A stretch of 64,000 nucleotides of DNA from an uncultured Ectothiorhodospiraceae bacterium (GTDB lineage: Bacteria; Pseudomonadota; Gammaproteobacteria; CAMYNG01), in contig CAMYNG010000014.1 in NCBI GenBank assembly GCA_947259765.1, forward strand, positions 4,549 to 68,548, written 5' to 3'. Numbering within the stretch: position 1 is the first letter of the stretch; every line of letters begins with the position of its first letter. The notes beneath the pieces are model-generated. The model ran no database searches. It saw only the letters and a program-made list of their open reading frames with translations, and was not told the DNA's origin. The position numbers and the translations under genes were made by a program. This document shows positions 1 through 9,284 of this stretch, in pieces.

Positions 1-1023
1 CATAACGGCCACATTCATTTCCTCCACGCCGGGATAACGACTGCGCCATTGGGGCATCATCTGGCGCAGATAGGTCTGAATATCCCGCGCCAGTTGTTGG
101 AAATAGGTGCTTGAAGTACGCCCACAGCCGGGGCAGGCGATCACGGCCGGTGTAAACGAGCGGAGTTCCAGGCTTTGCAGGATTTCCTGGGCAACCTGAA
201 CTTCCTGTGTACGGGCGCCACCGGGCTCCGGTGTCAGGGAAATGCGAATGGTATCGCCAATACCTTCCTGCATGAGCACCGCCAGCGCGGCAGTTGAGGC
301 CACCACACCTTTGGTTCCCATGCCGGCCTCGGTCAAGCCCAGGTGCAAGGGATAATCGCAGCGTGAGGCCAGATCGCGATAGACATGGATCAAGTCCTGA
401 ACACCGCTCATTTTGCAGGACAGGATGATGTGGTTGTGAGGTAGGCCCACTGATTCGGCCTGCGCGGCGCTTTCGAGCGCCGAAGTGACCACCGCGTTAC
501 GCATGATTTCCGTGGCATCAAGGGGCTCGGCGCGCGCCGCGTTTTCATCCATTAGCCGAGCCAGCAGCGCCTGATCCAGGCTGCCCCAGTTGACGCCGAT
601 ACGCACGGGTTTGTCCTGTTTGCAGGCGATTTCAATCATGCGTGCAAACTGTTCGTCACGTTTTTTACCGCGGCCCACGTTACCCGGGTTGATACGATAC
701 TTGGACAGTGCAGCGGCGCAATCGGGAAATTCGTCCAACAACTTGTGGCCATTGAAATGAAAATCGCCGATTAGAGGTACGTTTACCCCCATTTTATCGA
801 GTTGTTCACGAACCGGTGCGACTTGCGCGGCGGCTTCGGCTGAATTGACGGTGATCCGCACCAATTCCGAACCGGCGCGAGCAAGTTCGGCCACTTGCTG
901 TGCTGTCGCCTGAGCATCGGCAGTATCGGTATTGGTCATGGATTGCACGGCAACCGGCGCGTCACCACCGATGGTGACATTGCCGACCCTAACGGCGACG
1001 CTATGGCGTTTAGAAACTGGCAT
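1..1023 (-). CDS. ispG: 4-hydroxy-3-methylbut-2-enyl diphosphate synthase IspG (GcpE); 3' end runs off the window
   Basis: Reverse-strand translation from the ATG at 1023-1021 begins [32 protein letters not shown]. It continues through the conserved IspG core (GxxRISL, CPGCGRT-like C-terminal Cys region). The frame stays open to position 1, and an RBS-like AAGAGG sits upstream of the start. Confidence 0.9.
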   Translation of the reverse strand, partial: MPVSKRHSVAVRVGNVTIGGDAPVAVQSMTNTDTADAQATAQQVAELARAGSELVRITVNSAEAAAQVAPVREQLDKMGVNVPLIGDFHFNGHKLLDEFPDCAAALSKYRINPGNVGRGKKRDEQFARMIEIACKQDKPVRIGVNWGSLDQALLARLMDENAARAEPLDATEIMRNAVVTSALESAAQAESVGLPHNHIILSCKMSGVQDLIHVYRDLASRCDYPLHLGLTEAGMGTKGVVASTAALAVLMQEGIGDTIRISLTPEPGGARTQEVQVAQEILQSLELRSFTPAVIACPGCGRTSSTYFQQLARDIQTYLRQMMPQWRSRYPGVEEMNVAVM

Positions 1024-1196
1024 GGGGCCTCTTGCGCGGAGACAGGTTTAACAAGCGGCCCATGATACCACCAAGATTTGCGCCAAGAGTATTGTTTTTC
1101 GGTGACGAGATCCCTTAGGCTGGGCGGGTTTTTTGTGCCGTAGAGCCTGTGTTGGTGGGCCTAGGTGGACCGGATGTGCGTGTTGGGGATTAGTGG

Positions 1197-2075
1197 ATGA
1201 AATCTAAAGACAAACAAAAACGTAAAGACAAACGCAAAAAGAGGCACAAGCATGATGGTGCCAGTCTCGCCGGGCAGGCCGATAAGCACGATCTTTACCA
1301 GAAGTCCGTGCAGGCGCCGGAGGCCGAGGTCGAATTCTTTGACAAGACTTATCGGGATCTGCGCGGGAAATCAGCGCAGCTGATGCGTGAGGATTTTTGT
1401 GGAACCGCTTTTTTGTCAACGGCCTGGTGCCAGTCCGATCCAAAGCGTACTGCGCTCGGCATTGATATCTGCGGCGATACGCTTGCCTGGGGACGTGAGC
1501 ATAATATATCCCCCGCCGGGGACGACGTTGCACAAAGAGTGACCCTGGTACAGGAAGATGTGCGCACCGCCGGCGTGGAACCGGCCGACATCACCTGCGC
1601 GCTGAATTTCAGTTATTGCATTTTCAAAACCCGTGATGAGCTGCGCGAGTACTTTGTCTCTGCGCGAAAGGGTCTTAAGGATGACGGCATATTGGTGCTG
1701 GATTTATTTGGTGGTACGGAGTGTCTCGACGAACTGGAAGAGGAATCCGATATCGATGACGAACCCGCGTCCTACGTTTGGGATCAGGATAAATTCAATC
1801 CCATCAACAACCACATTCTTTGTCATATTCATTTCAGGTTTGACGACGGCTCGCGCCTGAAAAAGGCGTTTACCTACGACTGGCGCCTGTGGAGTATCGC
1901 CGAGATCACCGAACTGCTTGACGAGGCCGGCTTCAGCAAGGTGCGCGTGTATTGGGAACGTTTCGAAGAATCCGACGACGATGATGACGAACTGGAAGGC
2001 ACCGGTGAATACTACGAAGCCACCGACGTCGAAAACCAGGAGTCATGGATGACTTATATCGTTGCTGAGAAATAA
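1197..2075 (+). CDS. Putative SAM-dependent methyltransferase-like protein with a highly basic Lys/Arg/His N-terminal tail
   Basis: 292-aa ORF with Gly-rich motifs (EDFCGTAF, LVLDLFGGTEC) resembling methyltransferase motif I. The N-terminal 20 residues are almost entirely K/R/H, and the C-terminus is acidic. The assignment is family-level only. Confidence 0.5.
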   Translation: MKSKDKQKRKDKRKKRHKHDGASLAGQADKHDLYQKSVQAPEAEVEFFDKTYRDLRGKSAQLMREDFCGTAFLSTAWCQSDPKRTALGIDICGDTLAWGREHNISPAGDDVAQRVTLVQEDVRTAGVEPADITCALNFSYCIFKTRDELREYFVSARKGLKDDGILVLDLFGGTECLDELEEESDIDDEPASYVWDQDKFNPINNHILCHIHFRFDDGSRLKKAFTYDWRLWSIAEITELLDEAGFSKVRVYWERFEESDDDDDELEGTGEYYEATDVENQESWMTYIVAEK

Positions 2076-2195
2076 GTGACGAGTAACGAGTGACGAGTGA
2101 TAAAGAAAAAGCGCCGGGGATTCTATCCTGCCAAGAAACTCAGTTTTGACCGCCGTACCGGTTTTCCTTGTCACTTGTTACTCGTCCCTCGTCCC
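2076..2195. repeat. Inverted pair of tandem 7-mer arrays (GTGACGA GTAACGA GTGACGA GTGA ... GTCAC TTGTTAC TCGTCCC TCGTCCC) flanking a ~69-nt spacer, between convergent genes
   Basis: Arm 1 (2076-2100) starts immediately after the methyltransferase stop codon. Arm 2 (2170-2195) is its imperfect reverse complement and ends at the MCP stop (2201-2203). The arms can pair as a long stem. The same 7-mer array recurs at 56472-56497. Confidence 0.6.
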
Positions 2196-2200
2196 TGATT

Positions 2201-4537
2201 TTAAGTTTTGAACTGCGCTACCAGTTGTTGCAGGCGCACTGCCAGTTGGCTCAGTTCGGAACTGGCGTTGGAAGTCTGCGACGCGCCTTCGGTGGTTTGT
2301 TCTGCCACTTGACTGATGCTTACCACGTTACGATTGATTTCCTCGGTGACCGAGCTTTGTTCGTCGGCCGCACTGGCGATCATGGTGTTCATCTGATTGA
2401 TCGTGGCAATGGAGCTGGTAATTACCTGCAGTGCTTCACCGGCCTGAGTAGCTTGTTCAACGCTGGAGGTTGATTTTTCCCGACCTTTCTCCATGGCTGC
2501 AACTGCATCACGGGTGCCGGCCTGGAGTTTCTCGATCATCTGCTCAATCTCACCGGTGGACTGCTGGGTACGTCCGGCCAACGTGCGCACCTCGTCGGCC
2601 ACCACGGCGAAACCGCGGCCTTGTTCACCGGCGCGCGCGGCTTCAATGGCGGCGTTGAGCGCGAGCAAATTGGTTTGTTCGGCGATATTACGGATCACAT
2701 CCATGACCGCACCGATGTTTTCACTTTCCTTTTTGAGCCGTTCGATGACGTCGGCGGCCTGTTGCATCTCCTCTGACAGGGCGTGAATGGTGGTCACGGA
2801 AGATTTAACCACTTCGTTACCCTGGCCGGCCTGCTCGTCGGCAGCTTGCGCAGCTTGCGCGGCCTCCGACGCATTGCGTGCGACTTCCTGCACGGTGGCT
2901 GACATTTCGTTTATCGCCGTGGCCATTTGATCGATTTGATCAAACTGCTGACTGACGCCGGCGCTGGTTTCATCGGTGATGGCGGTCATCTCTTCCGCGG
3001 CAGTCGCAACCTGTGCAGTCGAGGCTGAAAACTCCGTCATGCTTTGATGGATCTTGGCCAGTAATCGGTTCAGGGCACCGCCCATTTCACCAATTTCGTC
3101 ACGGCTTTTAATCGAAATGCGTTTGGTGAGATCCGATTCCTGTTCAATTTCCGTAACCGTATCGCGCAGTTGGCGTAAGGGACGTGTCAGGGTGTTGGCG
3201 AAGAAAAATCCAACCGCGCTGGCGCAAACGATCATGACAAAGGCGACAATAACCGCCGCAATGCGGATCGTTCCGGCGAGTTTTTTCTGTGCGGCAAAGG
3301 CTTCTTCGGTATCGATTTCACTGACGATACGCCAGTCAAGACCGGGGATATTGAGCGGAGCGTAGGCGGCGAGTACCTCGGTGCCGAGAAAGTTTTGTGC
3401 GGTTACAATTCCCGACTCGCCTGTTATCGCCGCGGCGGTGGCCGGTGATTTAACGTTCACGATACCGGTTGTTTCCTGGCGGGTTTTTATTTGCTGTTGT
3501 TTGTCTTTTGCGATGCCGGCCTTTGTCAGCTTTTGGGTGAAGGCTTCAGCATCCTCTATGACACCACGGCTGACGCTTCGCATCACGCCATCGCTGTTGA
3601 TCAAAAACACCTCGCCACTCTGTCCCAGTCCCACGTCAGTCCATTTTTGGTGGCTGGTCATGATCTCGTTAATCCCATCGAGTGGGATCTGCAGGACCAG
3701 TACGCCAATAAACTCGGCGCTATCGTAGTCTTCGATGTCCTGTATCGGTGAGGCGATGAACGCAACCTGACCATCGTACACCGGCGCATAGGCTGAGAAG
3801 TCGGTCAGCACCACCTCGTCATAGTTTTGTGCATTATTGGCGGTCTGGTAAGCCTGGGCCAGCTGGCTGTCTTTGAAGGGTCCGGCCGTGAGTGAGGTGC
3901 CAAAATCGATGTTTTTCTGTGCTGAGTAAACCACGCGACCCTGCGTGTTCACAATGTAGATGTCGCTCAGGCCGAATTTTTTCAGATTACCGAGCATCGG
4001 CGGGTGGCGGTCACCATGCTCGGTGCCGTATTCGCTACCATCATCGGGATCCTGCAAATCGGATTTTTGACCGAGCGGATTGCCGTTGCCCGAGATATAA
4101 GTGGTCTGCATGACGACAGCGGGGTCATCAAGCTGCTTGGCCAGGTTTTCCATGTCCGTAGGTGATTCACCGTTGAGTTCAGCATACCGGGTGCCGTAGT
4201 CGCCCTGATAGAACGTTACGAGGTCTGCACGTTGTGCGGCGTCGGCGCCACCGGAGGCGTCGCTGAAGTTATTGGCGAAGGCCCGTGTATTCTCAATGGT
4301 GTTTCGGTCCACCGACAGCGAACGCGTGGTGTTTGTTAAGCGGGTGAAATAGTTTTCAATTTGACTCTTCTTGATTTCCCGCATGGACAACAGGCGGTCG
4401 TGGACCTGGTCTTCGATGGCGACCGCGGCGGCACTATTGGCCCGGTTGTCGATGACAATGCTCGTGATGAAAATCGGTACCGCAGCGAGAATGATAAAGG
4501 CAGCCGTTATTTTGCTTTTTATGTTGAGCTTCAGCAT
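2201..4537 (-). CDS. Methyl-accepting chemotaxis protein with a periplasmic double-Cache-like sensor, HAMP domain and MCP signalling domain
   Basis: 778 aa. It has an N-terminal TM segment, a large periplasmic region, a second TM segment, a HAMP-like segment, and the highly conserved MCP signalling motif ([31 protein letters not shown]) with flanking methylation-helix repeats. Confidence 0.9.
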   Translation of the reverse strand: MLKLNIKSKITAAFIILAAVPIFITSIVIDNRANSAAAVAIEDQVHDRLLSMREIKKSQIENYFTRLTNTTRSLSVDRNTIENTRAFANNFSDASGGADAAQRADLVTFYQGDYGTRYAELNGESPTDMENLAKQLDDPAVVMQTTYISGNGNPLGQKSDLQDPDDGSEYGTEHGDRHPPMLGNLKKFGLSDIYIVNTQGRVVYSAQKNIDFGTSLTAGPFKDSQLAQAYQTANNAQNYDEVVLTDFSAYAPVYDGQVAFIASPIQDIEDYDSAEFIGVLVLQIPLDGINEIMTSHQKWTDVGLGQSGEVFLINSDGVMRSVSRGVIEDAEAFTQKLTKAGIAKDKQQQIKTRQETTGIVNVKSPATAAAITGESGIVTAQNFLGTEVLAAYAPLNIPGLDWRIVSEIDTEEAFAAQKKLAGTIRIAAVIVAFVMIVCASAVGFFFANTLTRPLRQLRDTVTEIEQESDLTKRISIKSRDEIGEMGGALNRLLAKIHQSMTEFSASTAQVATAAEEMTAITDETSAGVSQQFDQIDQMATAINEMSATVQEVARNASEAAQAAQAADEQAGQGNEVVKSSVTTIHALSEEMQQAADVIERLKKESENIGAVMDVIRNIAEQTNLLALNAAIEAARAGEQGRGFAVVADEVRTLAGRTQQSTGEIEQMIEKLQAGTRDAVAAMEKGREKSTSSVEQATQAGEALQVITSSIATINQMNTMIASAADEQSSVTEEINRNVVSISQVAEQTTEGASQTSNASSELSQLAVRLQQLVAQFKT

Positions 4538-4726
4538 GGGGTAATCCCGAATTTCTATTGAAAGATCACCTCCATGTACATGACGATCCCTGCGAGCATT
4601 GCCAGTTTTTTCGGCGTATTGGAAACATTCTTTAGTGGCTTACGGGGAAACTGGGGAAATCTTGGAACTCGGAGTCGGCGGCGTAGCGTGGCCGCTACGG
4701 CCGGTTTTGCCGCTATCCCCCTGGAT

Positions 4727-5431
4727 TCAGCGCCGTACCGGGCGGTATGGTGTGTTGCGGGTGCGGTCGTGGGTATGCATGCGGTATTCGACAAAATCGG
4801 GCACATTTTCAAAGTGCAGGAACGGATTGCCGTCCAGCTGCTCATCCAGCGTGCTGACCGGCTTCTCGGCGTAGTTGTGTCCTGGGCGGATCACGGTCTG
4901 TGCCGGCAGCTCGCGGCCCAGTCGGCGCAGAGTGCCGTACATTTGTTCGGGATCACCTCCGGCCAGGTCGCAGCGACCGCAGCCAAACACGAACAACGTG
5001 TCGCCGGTTATCAGGTCGTTTCCCAGCTGGTAGCAGGCTGAACCCGGGGTATGGCCGGGTGTGTGCAGCACCTGGATTTTCGTGTTGCCCAGTGAAATCG
5101 TATCGCCACCATGGTGCAGCGTCGGCAGGTCGAGGTAATGGCCCCAAAACTGTGCCTCGGGCTTGAGCAGGTGCAACTGAGCGTCAAACCGGTCAAGGAT
5201 GCCCTTAACGCCGTTGATGTGGTCGTGATGGCTGTGGGTGAGCAGGATATCGCTGATTTCAATCCCGAGTTCATCGCTGCGTTGCAGGATACGCTCGACC
5301 TCCCAGGCCGGGTCCACGACCGCCGTGCGACCGGTAGCCCGGTCCGTAATCAGGTAGATAAAATTCTCCATGGGGCCGAGCTCAAGGGTCTCAATGCGGT
5401 AGCCGGTCGCTTCGCTCATGTAGATCTCCAT
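4727..5431 (-). CDS. MBL-fold metallo-hydrolase (glyoxalase II / persulfide-dioxygenase-like)
   Basis: The THSHHDHINGV metal-binding motif (HxHxDH) and a downstream HTPGHTPGS motif are present. The length is about 230 aa. Confidence 0.8.
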   Translation of the reverse strand: MEIYMSEATGYRIETLELGPMENFIYLITDRATGRTAVVDPAWEVERILQRSDELGIEISDILLTHSHHDHINGVKGILDRFDAQLHLLKPEAQFWGHYLDLPTLHHGGDTISLGNTKIQVLHTPGHTPGSACYQLGNDLITGDTLFVFGCGRCDLAGGDPEQMYGTLRRLGRELPAQTVIRPGHNYAEKPVSTLDEQLDGNPFLHFENVPDFVEYRMHTHDRTRNTPYRPVRR

Positions 5432-5616
5432 GTGGGGTTAACGCTATTGTAGCTGTTTGCGTGTACGTCATACCCCGGTAATTGCAGAGGAACTGTTTAA
5501 GATTTGTACCTCTGACGTCGGGCTGCAGACTCATGAAGTACCCAACACCCGCCGATAAAAGATCCAAGAAGCGGGAATTGAATTGAGTTTTGCCTTGAAA
5601 AAATTAGGGTTTTTGC

Positions 5617-6234
5617 ATGTTACGTTGTAAGCAGTTGTACTGGAGTGCGATTCTGGTCTTGTTCACCGCCGGTTTCGCGCAAGCCGCCGCCGTTTATGTT
5701 TACCGCCTGCCCGATGGCAGTCATCTGATTACTGATCAGCAGTATAACGACGGCGTCCATACTCTGGTTCGTGTCACGCGTCGGGTGAACGACGCGGGCA
5801 AGTACGCCTCGCAGCACTTCCAGAAGCGCAACACGGAAAAATTTACGCGCTTTGACCCGCTCATTCGCCAGCTTGCCGCGCAGTACAGTGTCGATGCGGC
5901 GCTGGTGAAAGCCGTGGTCCATACCGAGTCATTTTTCAATCCCCAGGCGAAGTCACGCAAGGGTGCGCGCGGTCTGATGCAGCTTATGCCGCAGACGGCG
6001 GCGTTGTATGGTGTATCGGATTCGTATGACCCGGAGCAGAATCTGGAGGCGGGCGTCAAACATCTCCGTTACCTGCTCGACAAATATCCGTCCAAGTTGC
6101 CACATGCTCTGGCGGCCTATAACGCGGGCGAAACCGCGGTGCAGTCCTATGATGGTATTCCGCCTTATCCAGAGACCCGTCGGTATGTGCGTAAGGTCCT
6201 CGATTACCAGACTTACTATCGCGCATGGTTCTAA
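5617..6234 (+). CDS. Lytic transglycosylase (SLT-domain) with signal peptide
   Basis: Signal-peptide-like N-terminus. The SLT-domain motifs are present: catalytic-Glu region VHTESFFNPQAKSRKGARGLMQLMPQTA and AYNAG. Confidence 0.85.
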   Translation: MLRCKQLYWSAILVLFTAGFAQAAAVYVYRLPDGSHLITDQQYNDGVHTLVRVTRRVNDAGKYASQHFQKRNTEKFTRFDPLIRQLAAQYSVDAALVKAVVHTESFFNPQAKSRKGARGLMQLMPQTAALYGVSDSYDPEQNLEAGVKHLRYLLDKYPSKLPHALAAYNAGETAVQSYDGIPPYPETRRYVRKVLDYQTYYRAWF

Positions 6235-6258
6235 CCTAGCCGTTGCGAAACAACTAGG

Positions 6259-7203
6259 TTAGATGTCAAGCCAGGCACCCAGACCAATCCACCGATCCTC
6301 TTCCTGAAAAAATTCACCAAGGAGAGTTCGGCCATCATAAATGCTAAGGCCGACGCGCAGCAGGCGGCCCGATTTCCGGTAGAAAAGACCCAGCTGGATT
6401 GAGGTATCAATATTCCAGCCGCTCTCTTCGTAAGACGTAAAATTTACAGCCGCATACGGTCGCCAGTTTTTGCCCCAGATGACTTTGTTTTTTTCGTATT
6501 CCAGCCCGGCCTGCGCGCGCCAGGCTTCCTGCAGATCCTTGCCAAGCAAATCATACGCCCAGCCCAGTTCAGCGTACGTGCGCCACTGCGGTCGAAACGA
6601 CCAGGCAAACGCGCCGAAAACCTCCTCGCGTGTGTAGCCTATCCGCTTACGACCGGTGCGTTCAGCGTACTCATCACCGACATGGCTGGAGACGTGGTGC
6701 AGACCGGTACGGTACGCCCATTGATCGTTGTGACGATAGGAAACAATTAATCCGTACAGTCCATCCCAGCCAATATTGTCCTGGGATTGTCCTCGGTCAA
6801 ATTGCCCGTTAAAGCCTGCTTCAATACCAAACTGCCAGCCGCGATCCATCTGCTCGTCTGGCGACAGCTGGGCTATTTCGATAAGACCGCCGAGCTGTAA
6901 AATAAATCGGCTGTTGGTGGTGTTGGTAATGGTTGAGTCGTCGACATAGGCCAGCTGTGCGCCCATGCTGGGTCGCATTGGATCGGCAAGGTAGGGCTGA
7001 AAAAGGTGACGGGTGGGTAAAAACTTATAGATCGTTTTTGATTCTTTTTTATCGGCCGGTGCCGCGTGGACGCCGTTGGCGAAGATCAACGTAATCGACA
7101 GCATAGCGGCCGCTAGCCCGTACGGAGCAGCACCGCTTCGAATAGAAAACAGGCAATCGTGTTTTTGTGTTGTGTCCGGCAATGGCAGGTCCTGCATGAT
7201 CAA
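6259..7203 (-). CDS. Hypothetical secreted or outer-membrane protein (possible beta-barrel)
   Basis: 314-aa ORF with a signal-peptide-like hydrophobic N-terminal segment. It is rich in Tyr/Gly/Trp with alternating hydrophobic patterns typical of OM beta-strands. I recognise no specific family. Confidence 0.4.
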   Translation of the reverse strand: MIMQDLPLPDTTQKHDCLFSIRSGAAPYGLAAAMLSITLIFANGVHAAPADKKESKTIYKFLPTRHLFQPYLADPMRPSMGAQLAYVDDSTITNTTNSRFILQLGGLIEIAQLSPDEQMDRGWQFGIEAGFNGQFDRGQSQDNIGWDGLYGLIVSYRHNDQWAYRTGLHHVSSHVGDEYAERTGRKRIGYTREEVFGAFAWSFRPQWRTYAELGWAYDLLGKDLQEAWRAQAGLEYEKNKVIWGKNWRPYAAVNFTSYEESGWNIDTSIQLGLFYRKSGRLLRVGLSIYDGRTLLGEFFQEEDRWIGLGAWLDI

Positions 7204-7303
7204 TGTACGTGTCGGTCAAATTCCGAGTGGTGGCTCGTTTCAGTTTGGTAAAGATCCGCGAAGTCGCAACTTTTAAGTAAGTGCTTACTAGCATCCAGAG
7301 AGA

Positions 7304-7978
7304 TCAAATCTCTGGTTCCGGTTCGATCAGACGGGCATCGTCATTCTGCGGGCTGCTGACCGTGGTACTCACGGGATACCAGCGTAACTGGCTGGCGTCG
7401 AACGGAGTTTGCCAGTCTGTGTCGGTATGATTGCCGACCAGCCAGGCGTCGTAGTTGCCGGGGTCGACGATCAAGGGCATACGAGTATGAATACCGGCAA
7501 AGTCCGGGTGGGCTGCAGTGGTGATCAGGGCACAGGATTCCAGAGATTCGCCCGTAGGCCCGATCCAGGACTCCCATAGGCCCGCGATCGCCATGAGCGG
7601 TTGCTCGGCGTGGAGGATGTAGTAGGGCCGCTTGTGCCCGTTGTGGTTTTGCCATTCATAGAACCCGCTGGCTGGCACTAGACAGCGGCGTTGCCGCCAG
7701 GCCGCGCGATAAGCCGGCTTTTCGGCAGCCGTTTCGGCCCGTGCGTTTATCAGGCTGTAGCGGCGCTCCGGCTGGCCGTGCGCATCGGCCTTGACCCAGG
7801 CGGGTGTCAGCCCCCAGTGCAGGAACGTCGCCTCGCGCTGGCCCAGTAGGCTGCGAACCGCGAGGATAGGTCCGCCTGGGGGAATATTGAATCGTGGGCT
7901 AAGCTCGGGCACGTTCAGCAGACCGAAGTGCGCGGCGATATCTTCGCCCTTACTGTATAAGGTATAACGTCCACACAT
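7304..7978 (-). CDS. yedK: SOS-response-associated peptidase (SRAP / YedK family; abasic-site processing protein)
   Basis: The protein begins MCGRY, the hallmark N-terminal catalytic Cys2 of the SRAP family. It is ~224 aa and is divergently paired with dinB. Confidence 0.85.
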   Translation of the reverse strand: MCGRYTLYSKGEDIAAHFGLLNVPELSPRFNIPPGGPILAVRSLLGQREATFLHWGLTPAWVKADAHGQPERRYSLINARAETAAEKPAYRAAWRQRRCLVPASGFYEWQNHNGHKRPYYILHAEQPLMAIAGLWESWIGPTGESLESCALITTAAHPDFAGIHTRMPLIVDPGNYDAWLVGNHTDTDWQTPFDASQLRWYPVSTTVSSPQNDDARLIEPEPEI

Positions 7979-8100
7979 GGCCGGGTTCCGGTATTATGCC
8001 GAGTGATGCAGGGGGCTATTGTGCCCGCGGTTGCGCTATGTAAGCCAGTTTTGCAAATCGGCCTCGCAATCCATTATTACCAGCCAGGTTGCCGTTTTTG

Positions 8101-9270
8101 ATGATCATTCACGTTGATATGGATGCCTTCTACGCTTCGGTCGAGGTCCGGGAACAGCCCGCCCTGGCCGGGCGACCCGTAGTGGTGGGCGGTGCTGCCC
8201 GAACGCGCGGCGTGGTGGCGGCGGCCAACTATGAGGCTCGCCAGTACGGCATACACAGTGCCATGCCTATGGTGATCGCCACTCGACGTTGTCCCGAGCT
8301 TGTGGTGTTGCCCGTCCGAATGAATCTGTATTCCGACGTATCCCAGCAGATTCACGCCATTTTCGCGCGTTTTACCCCTGAGATCGAACCACTTTCACTC
8401 GACGAGGCCTTTCTGGATACGCTAGCCAGTGAGCGTCTGTTTGGCGCAGCCGAAGTCATCGCGAAGAGGATCAAGTCGGCGATCGCCAGTGAATTGCATC
8501 TGGTTGCGTCGGTGGGCGTCGCGCCAACCAAGTTCGTGGCCAAAATTGCCTCGGACGTGGAGAAGCCCAATGGATTTGTGGTGGTTCCGGAGCCGGACGT
8601 ACAGCGTTTTCTTGACCCCTTGCCGGTAAGCCGGCTGTGGGGTGCCGGCAAGGCTACGCAAGCGCAGCTGACACGTCTGGGGATACGGACTATCAGTCAG
8701 TTGCGTCAGCAGCCCGAGGCGCTGCTGGAAGAGCGCTTTGGCAAGCTCGGCCTGCATTTATGGGAATTGGCCCACGGTCGTGATCCGCGTCCTGTTGTCA
8801 GTGATCGGCGGGCCAAGTCGATTTCCAACGAAACAACCTTCTCGACTGACATCGACAGCCCGGAGGTGTTAAAGACCTGGCTTGCGGGGCTGACCGAGCA
8901 AGTCGCATGGCGGCTGCGGCGTGCTGAACTGTATGCCAGCCACGTGCAGCTCAAGGTGCGCTTTGCCGATTTCAGCACCATCACCCGATCCAGTACACTG
9001 CCGCAACCAGGCCGCGACACCAATACCTTATGGCAGGTGGTGCAACAATTGTGGCAGGGGCGTATACCACGCGAGCGATTTCCGGTGCGACTTGTCGGAG
9101 TGGGCGTCAGCGGCCTGTGCGAGCGGTTTGAGCATCAGGCGGATCTGTTTGATTCAAGTGAAGCGCAGCAGGAAAGTATTGATACGCTTACCGATGAAAT
9201 AAACGCGCGGTTCGGCGCGCGGACTGTGGCGCGGGGCAGGGGTTTGGGACCGCGACGAGAATCTGATTAG
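8101..9270 (+). CDS. dinB: DNA polymerase IV (DinB, Y-family translesion polymerase)
   Basis: Starts MIIHVDMDAFYASVEVREQPALAGRPVVVGG, the canonical Y-family N-terminus. The 8089 ATG (MPFLM...) is an alternative start. The little-finger domain is at the C-terminus. Confidence 0.9.
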   Translation: MIIHVDMDAFYASVEVREQPALAGRPVVVGGAARTRGVVAAANYEARQYGIHSAMPMVIATRRCPELVVLPVRMNLYSDVSQQIHAIFARFTPEIEPLSLDEAFLDTLASERLFGAAEVIAKRIKSAIASELHLVASVGVAPTKFVAKIASDVEKPNGFVVVPEPDVQRFLDPLPVSRLWGAGKATQAQLTRLGIRTISQLRQQPEALLEERFGKLGLHLWELAHGRDPRPVVSDRRAKSISNETTFSTDIDSPEVLKTWLAGLTEQVAWRLRRAELYASHVQLKVRFADFSTITRSSTLPQPGRDTNTLWQVVQQLWQGRIPRERFPVRLVGVGVSGLCERFEHQADLFDSSEAQQESIDTLTDEINARFGARTVARGRGLGPRRESD

Positions 9271-9284
9271 GGAGAAACACGCTA

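Noticed and set aside
7979-8100. LexA/SOS box in the yedK-dinB divergent region
   Set aside because: No CTGT-N8-ACAG or close variant is present. Recorded as a finding about absence rather than a feature.
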